Part shown: piece by piece, positions 28,086-37,901 of the stretch | How the letters are laid out: every line of letters begins with the position of its first letter | How positions within the stretch are numbered: position 1 is the stretch's first letter | Assembly: GCA_963715865.1 (NCBI GenBank) | Contig: OY970280.1 | Span: 1,152,001 to 1,216,000 of the forward strand | DNA from: Candidatus Bathyarchaeota archaeon | Lineage (GTDB): Archaea; Thermoproteota; Bathyarchaeia; Bathyarchaeales; Bathycorpusculaceae | Length of the DNA stretch: 64,000 nucleotides | Reading direction: 5' to 3' | Translations under genes and position numbers: made by a program | Notes under the pieces: model-generated | Database searches by the model: none | The model's input: only the letters and a program-made list of their open reading frames with translations | Told to the model about the DNA's origin: nothing

Positions 28086-29516
28086 ATGATAGCTATGCAA
28101 GAAATAGATGTATTAACCAAACAAGTGCTGGAAAAAATTTCTCCAAAGAAAGAAGACTACGCAAAAGTCGATGCGTTAACCTGCGAGTTAGAGAAGAAAA
28201 TAACGTTAGCATGCCAGGAACAAGGCGTACCAGCAATTGTACGGGTTGAAGGCTCAGTTGCAAAGGACACATGGCTTAGGGAAAACCCTGATATTGACAT
28301 TTTCATGCGTTTACCAACGTCGATACCGAGAAAAAATCTTGGTGATATAGGCTTAAAAATAGCTAAAAAAGCAGCTGGCGCCTATGAGCAGATTGAACGT
28401 TTCGCTGAGCATCCTTACCTTGAAATTTTCGTTGAAGGTTACCGAGTGGATATTGTTCCTTGTTATGATGCTAAGCCTGGTGAATGGCAAAGCGCCACTG
28501 ACCGGACACCCTACCACACAGACTACATAAAAAAACGTTTAAGCAAGGACTTGCGTGGAGAGGTTCGGCTTCTTAAAAAATTCATGCAGGGCATAGGCGT
28601 TTATGGTGCGGAAATAAAAGTTGGCGGATTCAGCGGTTACCTATGCGAACTATTGATAATGAAATACTGCTCGTTCGCTGAAACAGTACGAGCTTTTGCA
28701 CAGTACAATCAACGAGTAGTAATAGACATCGAAAACTATTACGCAAACAGGGAAAACGAGCTTTCCCTGCTCTTTCCTGAACCTTTAGTGATTGTTGACC
28801 CTGTGGATAAGGGAAGAAACGTGGCTTCAGCTGTGCAACCACAAAAACTTTACAGTTTTGTTGGCGCAGCCAGAGCCTTTCTAAAAAAGCCAGATGCAGC
28901 CTTCTTTTATCCGCCTAAACCTCAAGCTTTACCAGTTGCTTCCTTGAAAAGTCAGCTTGAGAATCGCGGCTCGTCCATTGTATTTCTGGTTATAGATCAG
29001 TTAGACGCAGTTCCAGATGTTTTATGGGGGCAACTCTACAGAACAAAGCGTTCATTACATAAACTAATAGCGTTAAACGATTACAAAGTCCTCAAAGACG
29101 CAGTTTGGAGCAACGAAAAAAACCTCAGCATCTTCATATTTGAGCTTGAACAGCAAGTTTTGCCAAACATCAAAAAGCACCTTGGCCCACCGCTTGAGCG
29201 AGAAGTTGAAAGCGAGAATTTCTTAGCTAAATACGCTAATAATAAAAGCGTAATTTCTGGACCTTACATTGAAGATGGTCGCTGGATTGTTGAGGTGCCA
29301 CGCAAAACAACAGATGCAGTTGCGCTCTTAAAAGAGAAGCTTGCGGATGGAGGCAAAAATGCTGGTGTCGCTGAACTGATTGCGAAATCAATCCATAAAA
29401 ACCTCACGGTTCTGGTTAAGGACGAGATAGCTGCAGTGTATAAAGAAAATCATGATTTCGCTGAGTTCTTAACGGATTTTCTCTCTGGCAAACCCTTTTG
29501 GCTAAAAGTGGAATAA
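28086..29516 (+). CDS. cca: Archaeal CCA-adding enzyme
   Basis: GSVAKDTWL..DIDIF, AEHPY, VDIVPCY, DRTPYHT, GGFSGYLCELL. Confidence 0.95.
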   Translation: MIAMQEIDVLTKQVLEKISPKKEDYAKVDALTCELEKKITLACQEQGVPAIVRVEGSVAKDTWLRENPDIDIFMRLPTSIPRKNLGDIGLKIAKKAAGAYEQIERFAEHPYLEIFVEGYRVDIVPCYDAKPGEWQSATDRTPYHTDYIKKRLSKDLRGEVRLLKKFMQGIGVYGAEIKVGGFSGYLCELLIMKYCSFAETVRAFAQYNQRVVIDIENYYANRENELSLLFPEPLVIVDPVDKGRNVASAVQPQKLYSFVGAARAFLKKPDAAFFYPPKPQALPVASLKSQLENRGSSIVFLVIDQLDAVPDVLWGQLYRTKRSLHKLIALNDYKVLKDAVWSNEKNLSIFIFELEQQVLPNIKKHLGPPLEREVESENFLAKYANNKSVISGPYIEDGRWIVEVPRKTTDAVALLKEKLADGGKNAGVAELIAKSIHKNLTVLVKDEIAAVYKENHDFAEFLTDFLSGKPFWLKVE

Positions 29517-29781
29517 TGCCTTGCATTATCCGCTTAGTAGTGTTTCTTTGCATCTTTTTCTTTTGAATTACTTAACAAAAGATAGTGAGGGGAGGGAGGG
29601 TCAATTTTGTTTGTGAATTTGTCTATCAAAATTGAGGCAAGTAGGGTACTTTTTTCCTAGTGAAAATAGGTCTAAAAAGTAGGTAGGGTAGGCGCATTTT
29701 GTTTGGGCATTTGAGTAACAAAATAAGGGGAGAGGTAGGGGGTCCGCCAGCTTCTCAAAGAAGCCTTTGTATGATATTTTT

Positions 29782-30947
29782 TTATTGCGTTACGGAGTGG
29801 TACCAGCTGATTATGTATTCAGGAAGGTTCAGTCCTCTTTCTCTAAGGCGTTCAGCCAATTTAACTGGCAATGGACTTAAAACGTAAGCCGCTCTAGTAT
29901 AGAAGCGTCGCGGCGTGCTTGGTTTCACTTCTTCCGGCAGGATGAGTTTTAGGTCTGCTTTTTTTGCTAGGGTTGAGTCTTTTACGCCTGTAATTGCAAA
30001 TACTGTTCCAGCGAACTTTTTGATTACATCAGCCCAGATGATGACGGGTCTCGTTTCGCCTGAGAATGATAATAGGATTTCGAGGTCTCCTGCTCTCGGG
30101 TGAGGAGTGTTAACGCCTCTTGTTATGTAGACATTGTCGCCTAGGAAACTTTTGATGTGGAAGAGTCTTACGCCAGTCATTTTGGCGATTTCGTTAGCGG
30201 TGCCTTTTCCGCCTAAGAACACGTTTGTCCGTTTTTCGAGCAAATCGACGAGTTGTGTGTATGTTTCAGAGTTAACGTTAGAGTCTATCATGTCGCCGAT
30301 CTTTTCGAATTCTTCAACGCAAAGCCGAAACACATCGTCAACCTCAAGGTTTCGGAAGATAGCTTCAATCATACTGTTTAACAGTTCAAGAGTGCCTAAC
30401 TCGAATATGTCGCCCATCATGCCTGTTTCACTATACTCAAAGGATGGCTTGGATTTGCCGCGTCCTTTAAGCTGGACCACTTGACCATGCTTGCTTACTA
30501 TCTCCGCTAAAGGTGACCCATAAGCTGATGTTAAAAGACCCATTGAGAACTTGTTTGTTTTCTTTTCTTCGATATATTTGACTAGGTCCTGCGCCATAAC
30601 TAATGGGTCATCAGAATAACCGCTACCAGAATTTATCAAAAGCAAGGTTTTCTTGTAACGCCTTTCAAGGTCGGCTGCAGCATCATACATGCTTTTGCCC
30701 GGAAACCCCGGGTCATCAGGAGTTAAGACAACTTTGTTTCTCCAGCCAGCTTGGCTGAGGGCAATTTGACTCATGGCAGCGTTTAACGAATAAAGGGATC
30801 TGCCTGACCCTCCGCAGATAACGCAGTCAGCCGCTTTTAACTCATCGTATAATTGTGCGAGTTCTTTTCGTTTGATGCTTAGAATGTTTTCTTGGATTTT
30901 GTTGACGTATCCTATACTGCTGATTTTGCTTTTGATAGCAACGGCAC
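29782..30947 (-). pseudogene. Tandem double-SIS-domain protein (6-phospho-3-hexuloisomerase-like); 5' end out of frame by one base
   Basis: Frame of ORF 29782-30774 stays open upstream (KIQENILSI..VICGGSGRSLYSLNAAMSQ) with no start; GTG/TTG at 30947/30941 is one base out of frame next to A4 runs; second SIS has LSFSGET..AITG..STLAKKAD. Confidence 0.7.
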
Positions 30948-31126
30948 CTCAGTTCAAACATGATTTAATGAATCTCTATATTATCCTTGTGCTTGCTAGT
31001 TTAAAATGTTGTCAACTATTCCATTACTGCTTAGCACTGAACGCTTTTTAACAAAAATTTCTCAACATATTTGCTAAATGTTTATATCAAAAGAAACCAT
31101 CACGCAAGCAGAACAGTGAGAAATAA

Positions 31127-31763
31127 ATGTCAACTCAAACAGGCGCAGAGAAATTTGAGTTCCTAGCCAAGTTAGCTTTGGATAATGGTGCTGCCGACGC
31201 CAAAATCATCCCTGCAGAACAAAGTAGTCGTTGAAGACCGAGTCGTGCTCAAGTGCAAGGTAGGCTGCACCCATTATGGAAAAACGTTGGCTTGTCCACC
31301 GTACACGCCCTCAGCTGAGGAATTTAGAAAAATCGTTAGCGAGTACAGTTACGCTTTGTTTATGAAGTTTAAGTCGAAGGCAGAAGCCGACCCTGAAGTG
31401 TTAAAGAAGCTTATGGTGGCTGAAACCGACCCGTCCGTTCCGAAAGAAGTTAAGGAGAAAGCGGCAAAGTTTTGGGCAGACTGGAAAGATGACAAGCGAA
31501 AAATGCTTCAAAGCGTGGTTGATTTGGAGAAGGCAGCGATGAGCAAAGGCTACTCCCTAGCAATAGCGTTTGTTTCTGGGCATTGCCAACTCTGCGAAAA
31601 ATGCAACACAGAAACGCGGATTTGCGTGCATCCAAATTTGGCGCGTTGGTCTGAAGATGCCGTTGGAGTGAACGTGAGAAAAACTGCTAATAACGCTGGT
31701 ATTCAGGTTAGTTTTCCGTTTGCGAAGAATCCTGAGTCTTTCGCTTTGCTCCTCATAGATTAA
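31127..31763 (+). pseudogene. DUF2284-like metal-binding protein, +1 frameshift near 31218
   Basis: MSTQTGAEKFEFLAKLALDNGAADAKIIPA then KVVVEDRVVLKCKVGC..TLACPP..CQLCEKC in the next frame. Confidence 0.75.
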
Positions 31764-31826
31764 GACGCTTGTGCCTAAAGGGAAAGTCTAAATAACTTAA
31801 ACAGTAAAAATGAAAACGGAAGTTCC

Positions 31827-32093
31827 ATGAAGATTCTGTTAGACGAAATGTACGCTGGCTTAAAAGAATATTTTGAAACCTTGGGTTACGAAGTGTTAAC
31901 TGCGCAGGAAGCAGGTTTAAAGAGCGCTAAAGACCGAGACATTGTGGATTACGCGGGCAAGCATAACTTGATTCTTGTAACTCAGGATCAAAAGCCTGCT
32001 GAATTAGCGGAGTTAACTGGTGTCAAATGCGTTTTTATTTCTAATTTGATGATTGCTAAATTGGTTGATGAAAAAATCAAACAGCTGCTTTAG
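31827..32093 (+). CDS. DUF5615-like PIN-domain protein
   Basis: MKILLDEM, AKDRDIVDYA, LVTQD. Confidence 0.75.
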   Translation: MKILLDEMYAGLKEYFETLGYEVLTAQEAGLKSAKDRDIVDYAGKHNLILVTQDQKPAELAELTGVKCVFISNLMIAKLVDEKIKQLL

Positions 32094-32644
32094 ATGCGGA
32101 TGTTTCTCAAGTACTTATTCCACAGATATGATGCTGCATAACCAGCCACTGCGCCGGTAACTGGACCCATGAATAATACAAGCGCATCAAGCATAGTGCT
32201 TCTTTGAACAAATAAACCGACGCCTGGAAACTCTTTCGCTAAAGGAACGAACTGCGGAAAAAGAGCAAATGCTGAGTAGCTTATTATTCCAATCAACATT
32301 GTGCTAAAAGCCATCGCAGCCATCAGCCTGTTACGGTTTACGCCTTGGGGGGAAGCAGTGATTCTGAAAATAAACAAGAAGCCGTCGACTAAAACTCCGA
32401 AGAGAAAAGCAAACAAAAAAGTAAATGGACCCAAAGCAGGACTTCCCAGCGCTGTTAAGAGACCTCCAACTGCACCCACATAGGTAGCGCCTAGTTTTCT
32501 GATGAATAATCCGCTCAAAGCAAGAAGAACAGCTTGGACCACGATTAGGAGGTAGTTTATTGGGGGCGGCAAAAAAACGTTTACCACAAAGATTATTGAG
32601 CCGAAGAGCGCCGTTATGAATAATCGTTTAGCCTTCTGCGTCAT
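32090..32644 (-). CDS. Multi-pass membrane protein, ECF S-component-like
   Basis: 5-6 hydrophobic segments, GATYVGAVGGLL motif. Confidence 0.6.
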   Translation of the reverse strand: MTQKAKRLFITALFGSIIFVVNVFLPPPINYLLIVVQAVLLALSGLFIRKLGATYVGAVGGLLTALGSPALGPFTFLFAFLFGVLVDGFLFIFRITASPQGVNRNRLMAAMAFSTMLIGIISYSAFALFPQFVPLAKEFPGVGLFVQRSTMLDALVLFMGPVTGAVAGYAASYLWNKYLRNIRI

Positions 32645-32852
32645 ATACCCCCTTTTGATATTAGCAGTTCACGTTACCATCTAAAAAAGTTTTAATGGGG
32701 ATAGGGGTAAAATGGTTGAGCAAACATCTTGCAATGTTTCTCGCACTACATTCATTTGCTTTTTAACGGAAGATATAAATTGGCAAGCTACAATAATAAT
32801 TAAATGTTATAATATTTGACGCATAAATGTATAAAAGGGAGCAAAGGGAAAA

Positions 32853-33605
32853 TTGAGCACTCACGCAGAAGATTTGAAACTTCGCTTAATGACAATCGAG
32901 CTGTTAAGAACAGCGAAATATAAGCGAAATATTACTTACCGCGAACTAGCCTCAAAAACAGGCTTACCAGTCACCGTTTTAAGCCGCTACGCAAAAGGAC
33001 ATGTGCTACCAAACACTACAAGAGCCAAGCAACTGTGGCGAGTGCTGACCAAGATTGTTGGTTTAGAAGCAGAATTGCGTAGCAGAATAAAATTTGACGA
33101 AATCGGCTATTTTGACAATACCGAAATTGTAGGTGACTATAACATTCTTTCGCAAGCTGCAAATCACGCACTTGCAAATTTTGCTGGAAAACGAGTTACA
33201 AAAGTCTTAACCGCAGCCGTTGATGGGATTCCCTTAGCTACCATGGTTGCTAACGCATTGGGAGTTAACCTTATTGTGGCGAAGCGGAACAAGGAAGTCG
33301 GCGTTAAAGCCTTCCTTGACGAAACATACATTTTAGGGAGAGATTCAGGCGTAACCGTTACACTCTACATTCCCAAAGAAGCCATCAAGAAACGCGACAG
33401 CGTACTAATCGTAGATGACATGATTAAAAGCGGCGAAACACAGGAAGCGCTCGTAACCCTTGTAAAGAAGTCGAAAGCTGAAGTTTCAGGCATTTTCTCG
33501 CTTATCGCTGTCGGAGAGGAATGGAAGAAACGATTGAAATCAGGTGAAGACTCTCCAGTTGAAGTTGTCACTTACCTGAAATCGCCCTTTGACAACGCAA
33601 CATAA
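32853..33605 (+). CDS. HTH + phosphoribosyltransferase (PurR/Apt-like) protein
   Basis: N-terminal TYRELASKTGLPVTVLSRY helix-turn-helix; PRPP motif VLIVDDMIKSGET. Confidence 0.85.
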   Translation: MSTHAEDLKLRLMTIELLRTAKYKRNITYRELASKTGLPVTVLSRYAKGHVLPNTTRAKQLWRVLTKIVGLEAELRSRIKFDEIGYFDNTEIVGDYNILSQAANHALANFAGKRVTKVLTAAVDGIPLATMVANALGVNLIVAKRNKEVGVKAFLDETYILGRDSGVTVTLYIPKEAIKKRDSVLIVDDMIKSGETQEALVTLVKKSKAEVSGIFSLIAVGEEWKKRLKSGEDSPVEVVTYLKSPFDNAT

Positions 33606-33657
33606 GCACAAGCTTAGGCTAACATTTTTCTTTCCAATTCCATTTAACCATTAGGAA

Positions 33658-34050
33658 GTGAAAATGTTGAAGATAGGTCATATAACTCTCCTCGTCAAAG
33701 ACCAAGATGAAGCAGCAAAATTTTACGTGGAAAAACTTGGATTCCAAAAACGACAAGACACTGTCTTTTGGGAGAATATGCGGTGGGTTACTGTTTCATC
33801 AAAAGACCAACCGGACCTTGAGTTAACATTTGTCAAAGCAGACAGCGAAAACAAGCTTAAAGCGTTGGGAAAGCAGGCAGGAGACCATGTCTTTCTCACT
33901 TTAGAAACAGATGATTGCCGCAGAGACTACAATGCAATGAAGGCTAAAGGAGTGAAATTCTATGGAGAGCCAACGGAGCAGGCTTGGGGGATTGAGGTTG
34001 TTTTTGAGGACCTTTACGGCAACCTATTCGACTTAGTGCAAAGGTTTTAA
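33658..34050 (+). CDS. VOC/glyoxalase family protein
   Basis: HITLLVKDQDEAAKFY..LGF, WG..FEDLYGNLF. Confidence 0.9.
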   Translation: MKMLKIGHITLLVKDQDEAAKFYVEKLGFQKRQDTVFWENMRWVTVSSKDQPDLELTFVKADSENKLKALGKQAGDHVFLTLETDDCRRDYNAMKAKGVKFYGEPTEQAWGIEVVFEDLYGNLFDLVQRF

Positions 34051-34128
34051 GCAATAGTTATCGAAAATCTTTAACAGAACCCTTCCTAACTAAGCATTAT
34101 AACAATCGTATTTGGGGGTACATGAAAA

Positions 34129-35160
34129 ATGCGGATGATACAGTGGCAAAACGGAACAGTCATTACTCCAGACCAGACTAAACTGCCCCTTCAAGAAGTC
34201 ACATTAGAAATTAAAACAGTTGAGCAAATGGCTGAAGCCATAAAAACCCTGCGTGTTCGAGGCGCTCCATTGCTGGGCGCGGCTGCAGCGTTCGGCATTG
34301 CATTGGCAGCTTACCATTCAAAAGCACATAGTAAAGAAAAATTGTTGGTTGAGCTGGAGGATGCAGGCGCAATTATCAAACGCCAGCGCCCAACAGCCGT
34401 GAACCTTTTTTGGGGCGTAGACCGAGTCTTAAACAAAGCACGAAGCTTTTCAGGAAACATTGAAGAACTGAAAGCAGCAGTCATCGAAGAAGCACAAAAA
34501 ATAGCAGATGAAGATGCACAGCAGAACCATGCAATCGGCAAAAACGGCGCAGTACTCATCAAGGACGGAGACACCATTTTGACCCATTGCAACGCGGGCG
34601 AGTTGGCGACTGTTGAGTATGGCACCGCGTTGGGTGTTATTCGTGCGGCTTGGGAGCAAGGCAAAAAAATTAAAGTTATCGTTGATGAAACGCGGCCACT
34701 GTTGCAGGGTGCTAGGCTTACGGCTTATGAGCTTAAGCGTGATGGGATACCTGTTACTTTGATAACGGATAACATGGCAGGTTACGTCATGAGCAAGGGT
34801 CTTGTTAACAAGGTTATTGTTGGCGCCGACCGCATTGTTCAGGACGCTGTGGTTAACAAGATTGGCACTTTTTCGGTGGCAGTGTTAGCGCATGAGCATG
34901 GCATACCGTTTTATGTTGCTGCGCCAAAATCCACCTTCGACTTGGCACACAAAGCGTCTGACGTGATTATTGAGGAGCGCAAACCTGAGGAAGTCACGCA
35001 TATCGGTTCTCACCAAATCGCTCCGGAAGGCGTCAACGTTATGAACCCAGCCTTCGACATTACGCCGCTTAAATATGTGTCAGCGATTATATGCGAGAGC
35101 CAAGTGTACTATAGCAAAGATTTTGGCAAGTTCAAGGATGAAGGAAAAAGAGCAAAATGA
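34129..35160 (+). CDS. mtnA: S-methyl-5-thioribose-1-phosphate isomerase
   Basis: RVRGAP, RPTAVNL, THCNAGELAT..GTAL, ETRPLLQGARLT, NKIGT, NPAFDIT. Confidence 0.9.
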   Translation: MRMIQWQNGTVITPDQTKLPLQEVTLEIKTVEQMAEAIKTLRVRGAPLLGAAAAFGIALAAYHSKAHSKEKLLVELEDAGAIIKRQRPTAVNLFWGVDRVLNKARSFSGNIEELKAAVIEEAQKIADEDAQQNHAIGKNGAVLIKDGDTILTHCNAGELATVEYGTALGVIRAAWEQGKKIKVIVDETRPLLQGARLTAYELKRDGIPVTLITDNMAGYVMSKGLVNKVIVGADRIVQDAVVNKIGTFSVAVLAHEHGIPFYVAAPKSTFDLAHKASDVIIEERKPEEVTHIGSHQIAPEGVNVMNPAFDITPLKYVSAIICESQVYYSKDFGKFKDEGKRAK

Positions 35161-35708
35161 GCGAAACCAAAAAAACTCAGCCCCCAGAATTCAGAACAAG
35201 CGGCACGCTTGCAAAAAAAGGCGTTATAGTAGCTGAGAAAAGCAGCATCGACGCGCTCTCTTCCCGCGGATACGGCACGTTAGAAAATGAGGTTTTCACG
35301 CTTAACTTCTATGAGGCACTGTACCTTGTCGATAAGGGAATGCTTGAAGTCAAAGATGAAAAAGGCAAAGCAGTGGATTTCCAAAGCCTTCTCCACTGTT
35401 ACGAGGCGGTTAATGAGAATGCATGGGTTAGCTATCTGGTTTACCGTGACCTAAGAAGCCGAGGTTACGTTGCACGAGAAGGGTTCGGTGCTGGAATTGA
35501 CTTTCGCGTTTATGAACGAGGGGCGTACGGCAAGGACACTGCGCCTTACTTGGTTTTAAGCACTCAAGAAGGAAAACCATTAAGCATAGATGAATTAGCT
35601 AGCGCATTACAGCAGTGTCAGAGCCAAAAGAAGGAGTTAATCTTGGCAGTTATGAATCGCCGAGGCGAAATTGTTTACTATTCAGTCTCGCAATTAACGT
35701 TCAAATAA
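35157..35708 (+). CDS. endA: tRNA-splicing endonuclease subunit, probably non-catalytic (beta) subunit
   Basis: EALYL, YLVYRDLRSRGY, DFRVY, GEIVYY; catalytic Tyr and His positions replaced (GFGAG, DTAPY). Confidence 0.8.
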   Translation: MSETKKTQPPEFRTSGTLAKKGVIVAEKSSIDALSSRGYGTLENEVFTLNFYEALYLVDKGMLEVKDEKGKAVDFQSLLHCYEAVNENAWVSYLVYRDLRSRGYVAREGFGAGIDFRVYERGAYGKDTAPYLVLSTQEGKPLSIDELASALQQCQSQKKELILAVMNRRGEIVYYSVSQLTFK

Positions 35709-35721
35709 GCCCCGTGGAAGC

Positions 35722-36525
35722 ATGGCAAACTCAAACAGTTATAATTGGAACGCTCAAGATTACGCCAAAAACTCCGCAAACCAGTTCCAATGGGCAAAAG
35801 AGCTTATTCCAAAACTAAAACTCCATGAAAACGAAGCATTACTCGACATCGGCTGCGGCGACGGAAAAATCACAGCAGAACTGGCAAACTGCCTACCACG
35901 CGGCAGAGCAGTCGGCATCGACAGCTCTAGTGAAATGATAAATTTGGCACAAAAAACTTTTCCAAGCAAGGATTATCCGAACCTTTCTTTTCAATTAATG
36001 GATGCTCGTAAGCTGATTTTCCAATCGGAATTTGACAGGATATTTTCTAACGCTGCACTACATTGGATTGTTGACCAAAAAGCTGTTCTGAGCGGTGTTC
36101 AAAGAAGCTTAAAAGCTAAAGGGCGGCTCTTGTTTCAGATGGCTGGAAAAGGCAACGCCAAAGATATACTCAGTCTTATAGATGAACTGTCAGTTGTGAA
36201 ACCTTGGAAACAGTTTTTCACCAACTTCACATTTCCTTATGGCTTCTACGACCCAGAAGAGTACAAATCGTTCTTGTATGAAGCAGGTTTGGTGCCTGAA
36301 CGACTTGAACTGTTCCCTAAAGACATGAAGCTTAATGGAGCGGAAGGGTTGGCTGGGTGGATACGGACAACGTGGTTGCCTTTTACTGAAAAGACGCCAG
36401 TTGAACTTAGGGCAAAATTCGTTGAAGAGATCGTTAACCGCTACGTTGAAGAGCACCCTGTTGATGGCGCTGGCATGGTTCATGTTGGAATGATGCGGTT
36501 AGAAGTAGAAGCATACAAGTCGTGA
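35722..36525 (+). CDS. Class I SAM-dependent methyltransferase (Tam-like)
   Basis: LLDIGCGDG, GIDSS, FSNAALHW. Confidence 0.9.
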   Translation: MANSNSYNWNAQDYAKNSANQFQWAKELIPKLKLHENEALLDIGCGDGKITAELANCLPRGRAVGIDSSSEMINLAQKTFPSKDYPNLSFQLMDARKLIFQSEFDRIFSNAALHWIVDQKAVLSGVQRSLKAKGRLLFQMAGKGNAKDILSLIDELSVVKPWKQFFTNFTFPYGFYDPEEYKSFLYEAGLVPERLELFPKDMKLNGAEGLAGWIRTTWLPFTEKTPVELRAKFVEEIVNRYVEEHPVDGAGMVHVGMMRLEVEAYKS

Positions 36526-36592
36526 GCGAGAGTTTAAAAGATAAATTATACCTTCTTAATTGCAAAGCTTAACAGACAAAGGAGAGAACAAC

Positions 36593-37867
36593 ATGCCCAC
36601 TTTCCAAACCGTTCGTGGAATGAGAGACCTACTCGATGAGGAAGCGGAAACCTTAACTTACATTATCAGTAAGGCTCGTGAAATAGCGGTGCTTTACGGT
36701 TATAAGGAAGTTATTACGCCTGTAGTGGAGCCATTTGAACTATTAAGTGCTAAATCTGGGGAAGAGATTCGCCAGCGCATGTTCATTTTCAAAGACCTCG
36801 GCGACCGCAACGTGGCTTTACGTCCAGAATTCACCGCCTCAATCGCAAGGTTAGCTACAACAGCCCTGAAAAACGAGCCTAAACCGTTAAGGCTGTTTTC
36901 TGTAGGCAGTGTTTACCGTTATGATGAACCCCAACGCGGGCGCTACAGAGAGTTTTGGCAGTCAAACTTTGAGTTATTGGGCTCTAGCAGGCCAGAGGCA
37001 GATGCAGAAATAGTCTTGTTAACAAATAGTTTATTGAAAACGTTGGGTTTGCAGGGTTATGCCTTCAAAATAGGCCATATAGGCGTAGTACGGGGCATTC
37101 TCAGCCAAGAAAACGTTGACGAGAAAACTCAGAACGCGGTTCTTCAGCGCATGGACAAGAAAGAGTACGAGGAAGCATTCAAGCTTGTGCAATCGGATAA
37201 GTGCAAAAGCATGCTTGAAGGACTGCTACAGCTTAAAGGCAAGGATTGGCGTGAAACAGTTGAAAAAATAAAGGTTTACGTGGCTGGTTACGAGAAAGCT
37301 AAAGCTGCCGCAGAAAACCTCCAAGACGTGCTTAAGCTTATAGTTGAAAGCGGGTGCCCTGTTGAAGCTGTAGAGCCAGCATTCGCCCGAGGCTTGGAAT
37401 ATTACACGGGAATGATTTTTGAAGTGTATATTCCACAGTTAGACATTGCCTTAGGGGGCGGAGGCAGATACGATAGGCTTATTGAAGTATTTGGCGGTGA
37501 ACCAACACCTGCAGTGGGCGTCGCACACGGGATTGATCGGATTGCGCTTGCGATGCAAATGCAGAAAACAGTTCTTGCGACTAAACGTGGAAAAAGAGTT
37601 CTTGTGCTTTCGGTGAATGATTCGTTAAAGGTTGAGGCGTTAAAAATTGCTCAGATGCTCAGAGATGCTGGGATTATTGTGGAGTTTGAGGTTATGGGTC
37701 GGAAGATGGCTAAGGCATTGGAGGATGCTGACAAGCGGAAAGTTGATTATGCAGTGATTGTTGGCGAACGCGAGTTGAAGGAAGGCGCTGTGGTGCTTAG
37801 GAATTTAGCGAAGCGTGAGCAAACTATCGTTGTGATTAAAGAGTTAGTTGAGAAGATTAAGAGTTAA
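36593..37867 (+). CDS. hisS: Histidine--tRNA ligase
   Basis: RGMRD, LRPEFTAS, YRYDEPQRGRYREF, RGLEYYTG, GGGRYD; ATG 36593 after GGAGAG. Confidence 0.97.
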   Translation: MPTFQTVRGMRDLLDEEAETLTYIISKAREIAVLYGYKEVITPVVEPFELLSAKSGEEIRQRMFIFKDLGDRNVALRPEFTASIARLATTALKNEPKPLRLFSVGSVYRYDEPQRGRYREFWQSNFELLGSSRPEADAEIVLLTNSLLKTLGLQGYAFKIGHIGVVRGILSQENVDEKTQNAVLQRMDKKEYEEAFKLVQSDKCKSMLEGLLQLKGKDWRETVEKIKVYVAGYEKAKAAAENLQDVLKLIVESGCPVEAVEPAFARGLEYYTGMIFEVYIPQLDIALGGGGRYDRLIEVFGGEPTPAVGVAHGIDRIALAMQMQKTVLATKRGKRVLVLSVNDSLKVEALKIAQMLRDAGIIVEFEVMGRKMAKALEDADKRKVDYAVIVGERELKEGAVVLRNLAKREQTIVVIKELVEKIKS

Positions 37868-37901
37868 AAAACAAGAAAGGATGGTAAGCCTACTCTTAGG
37901 C

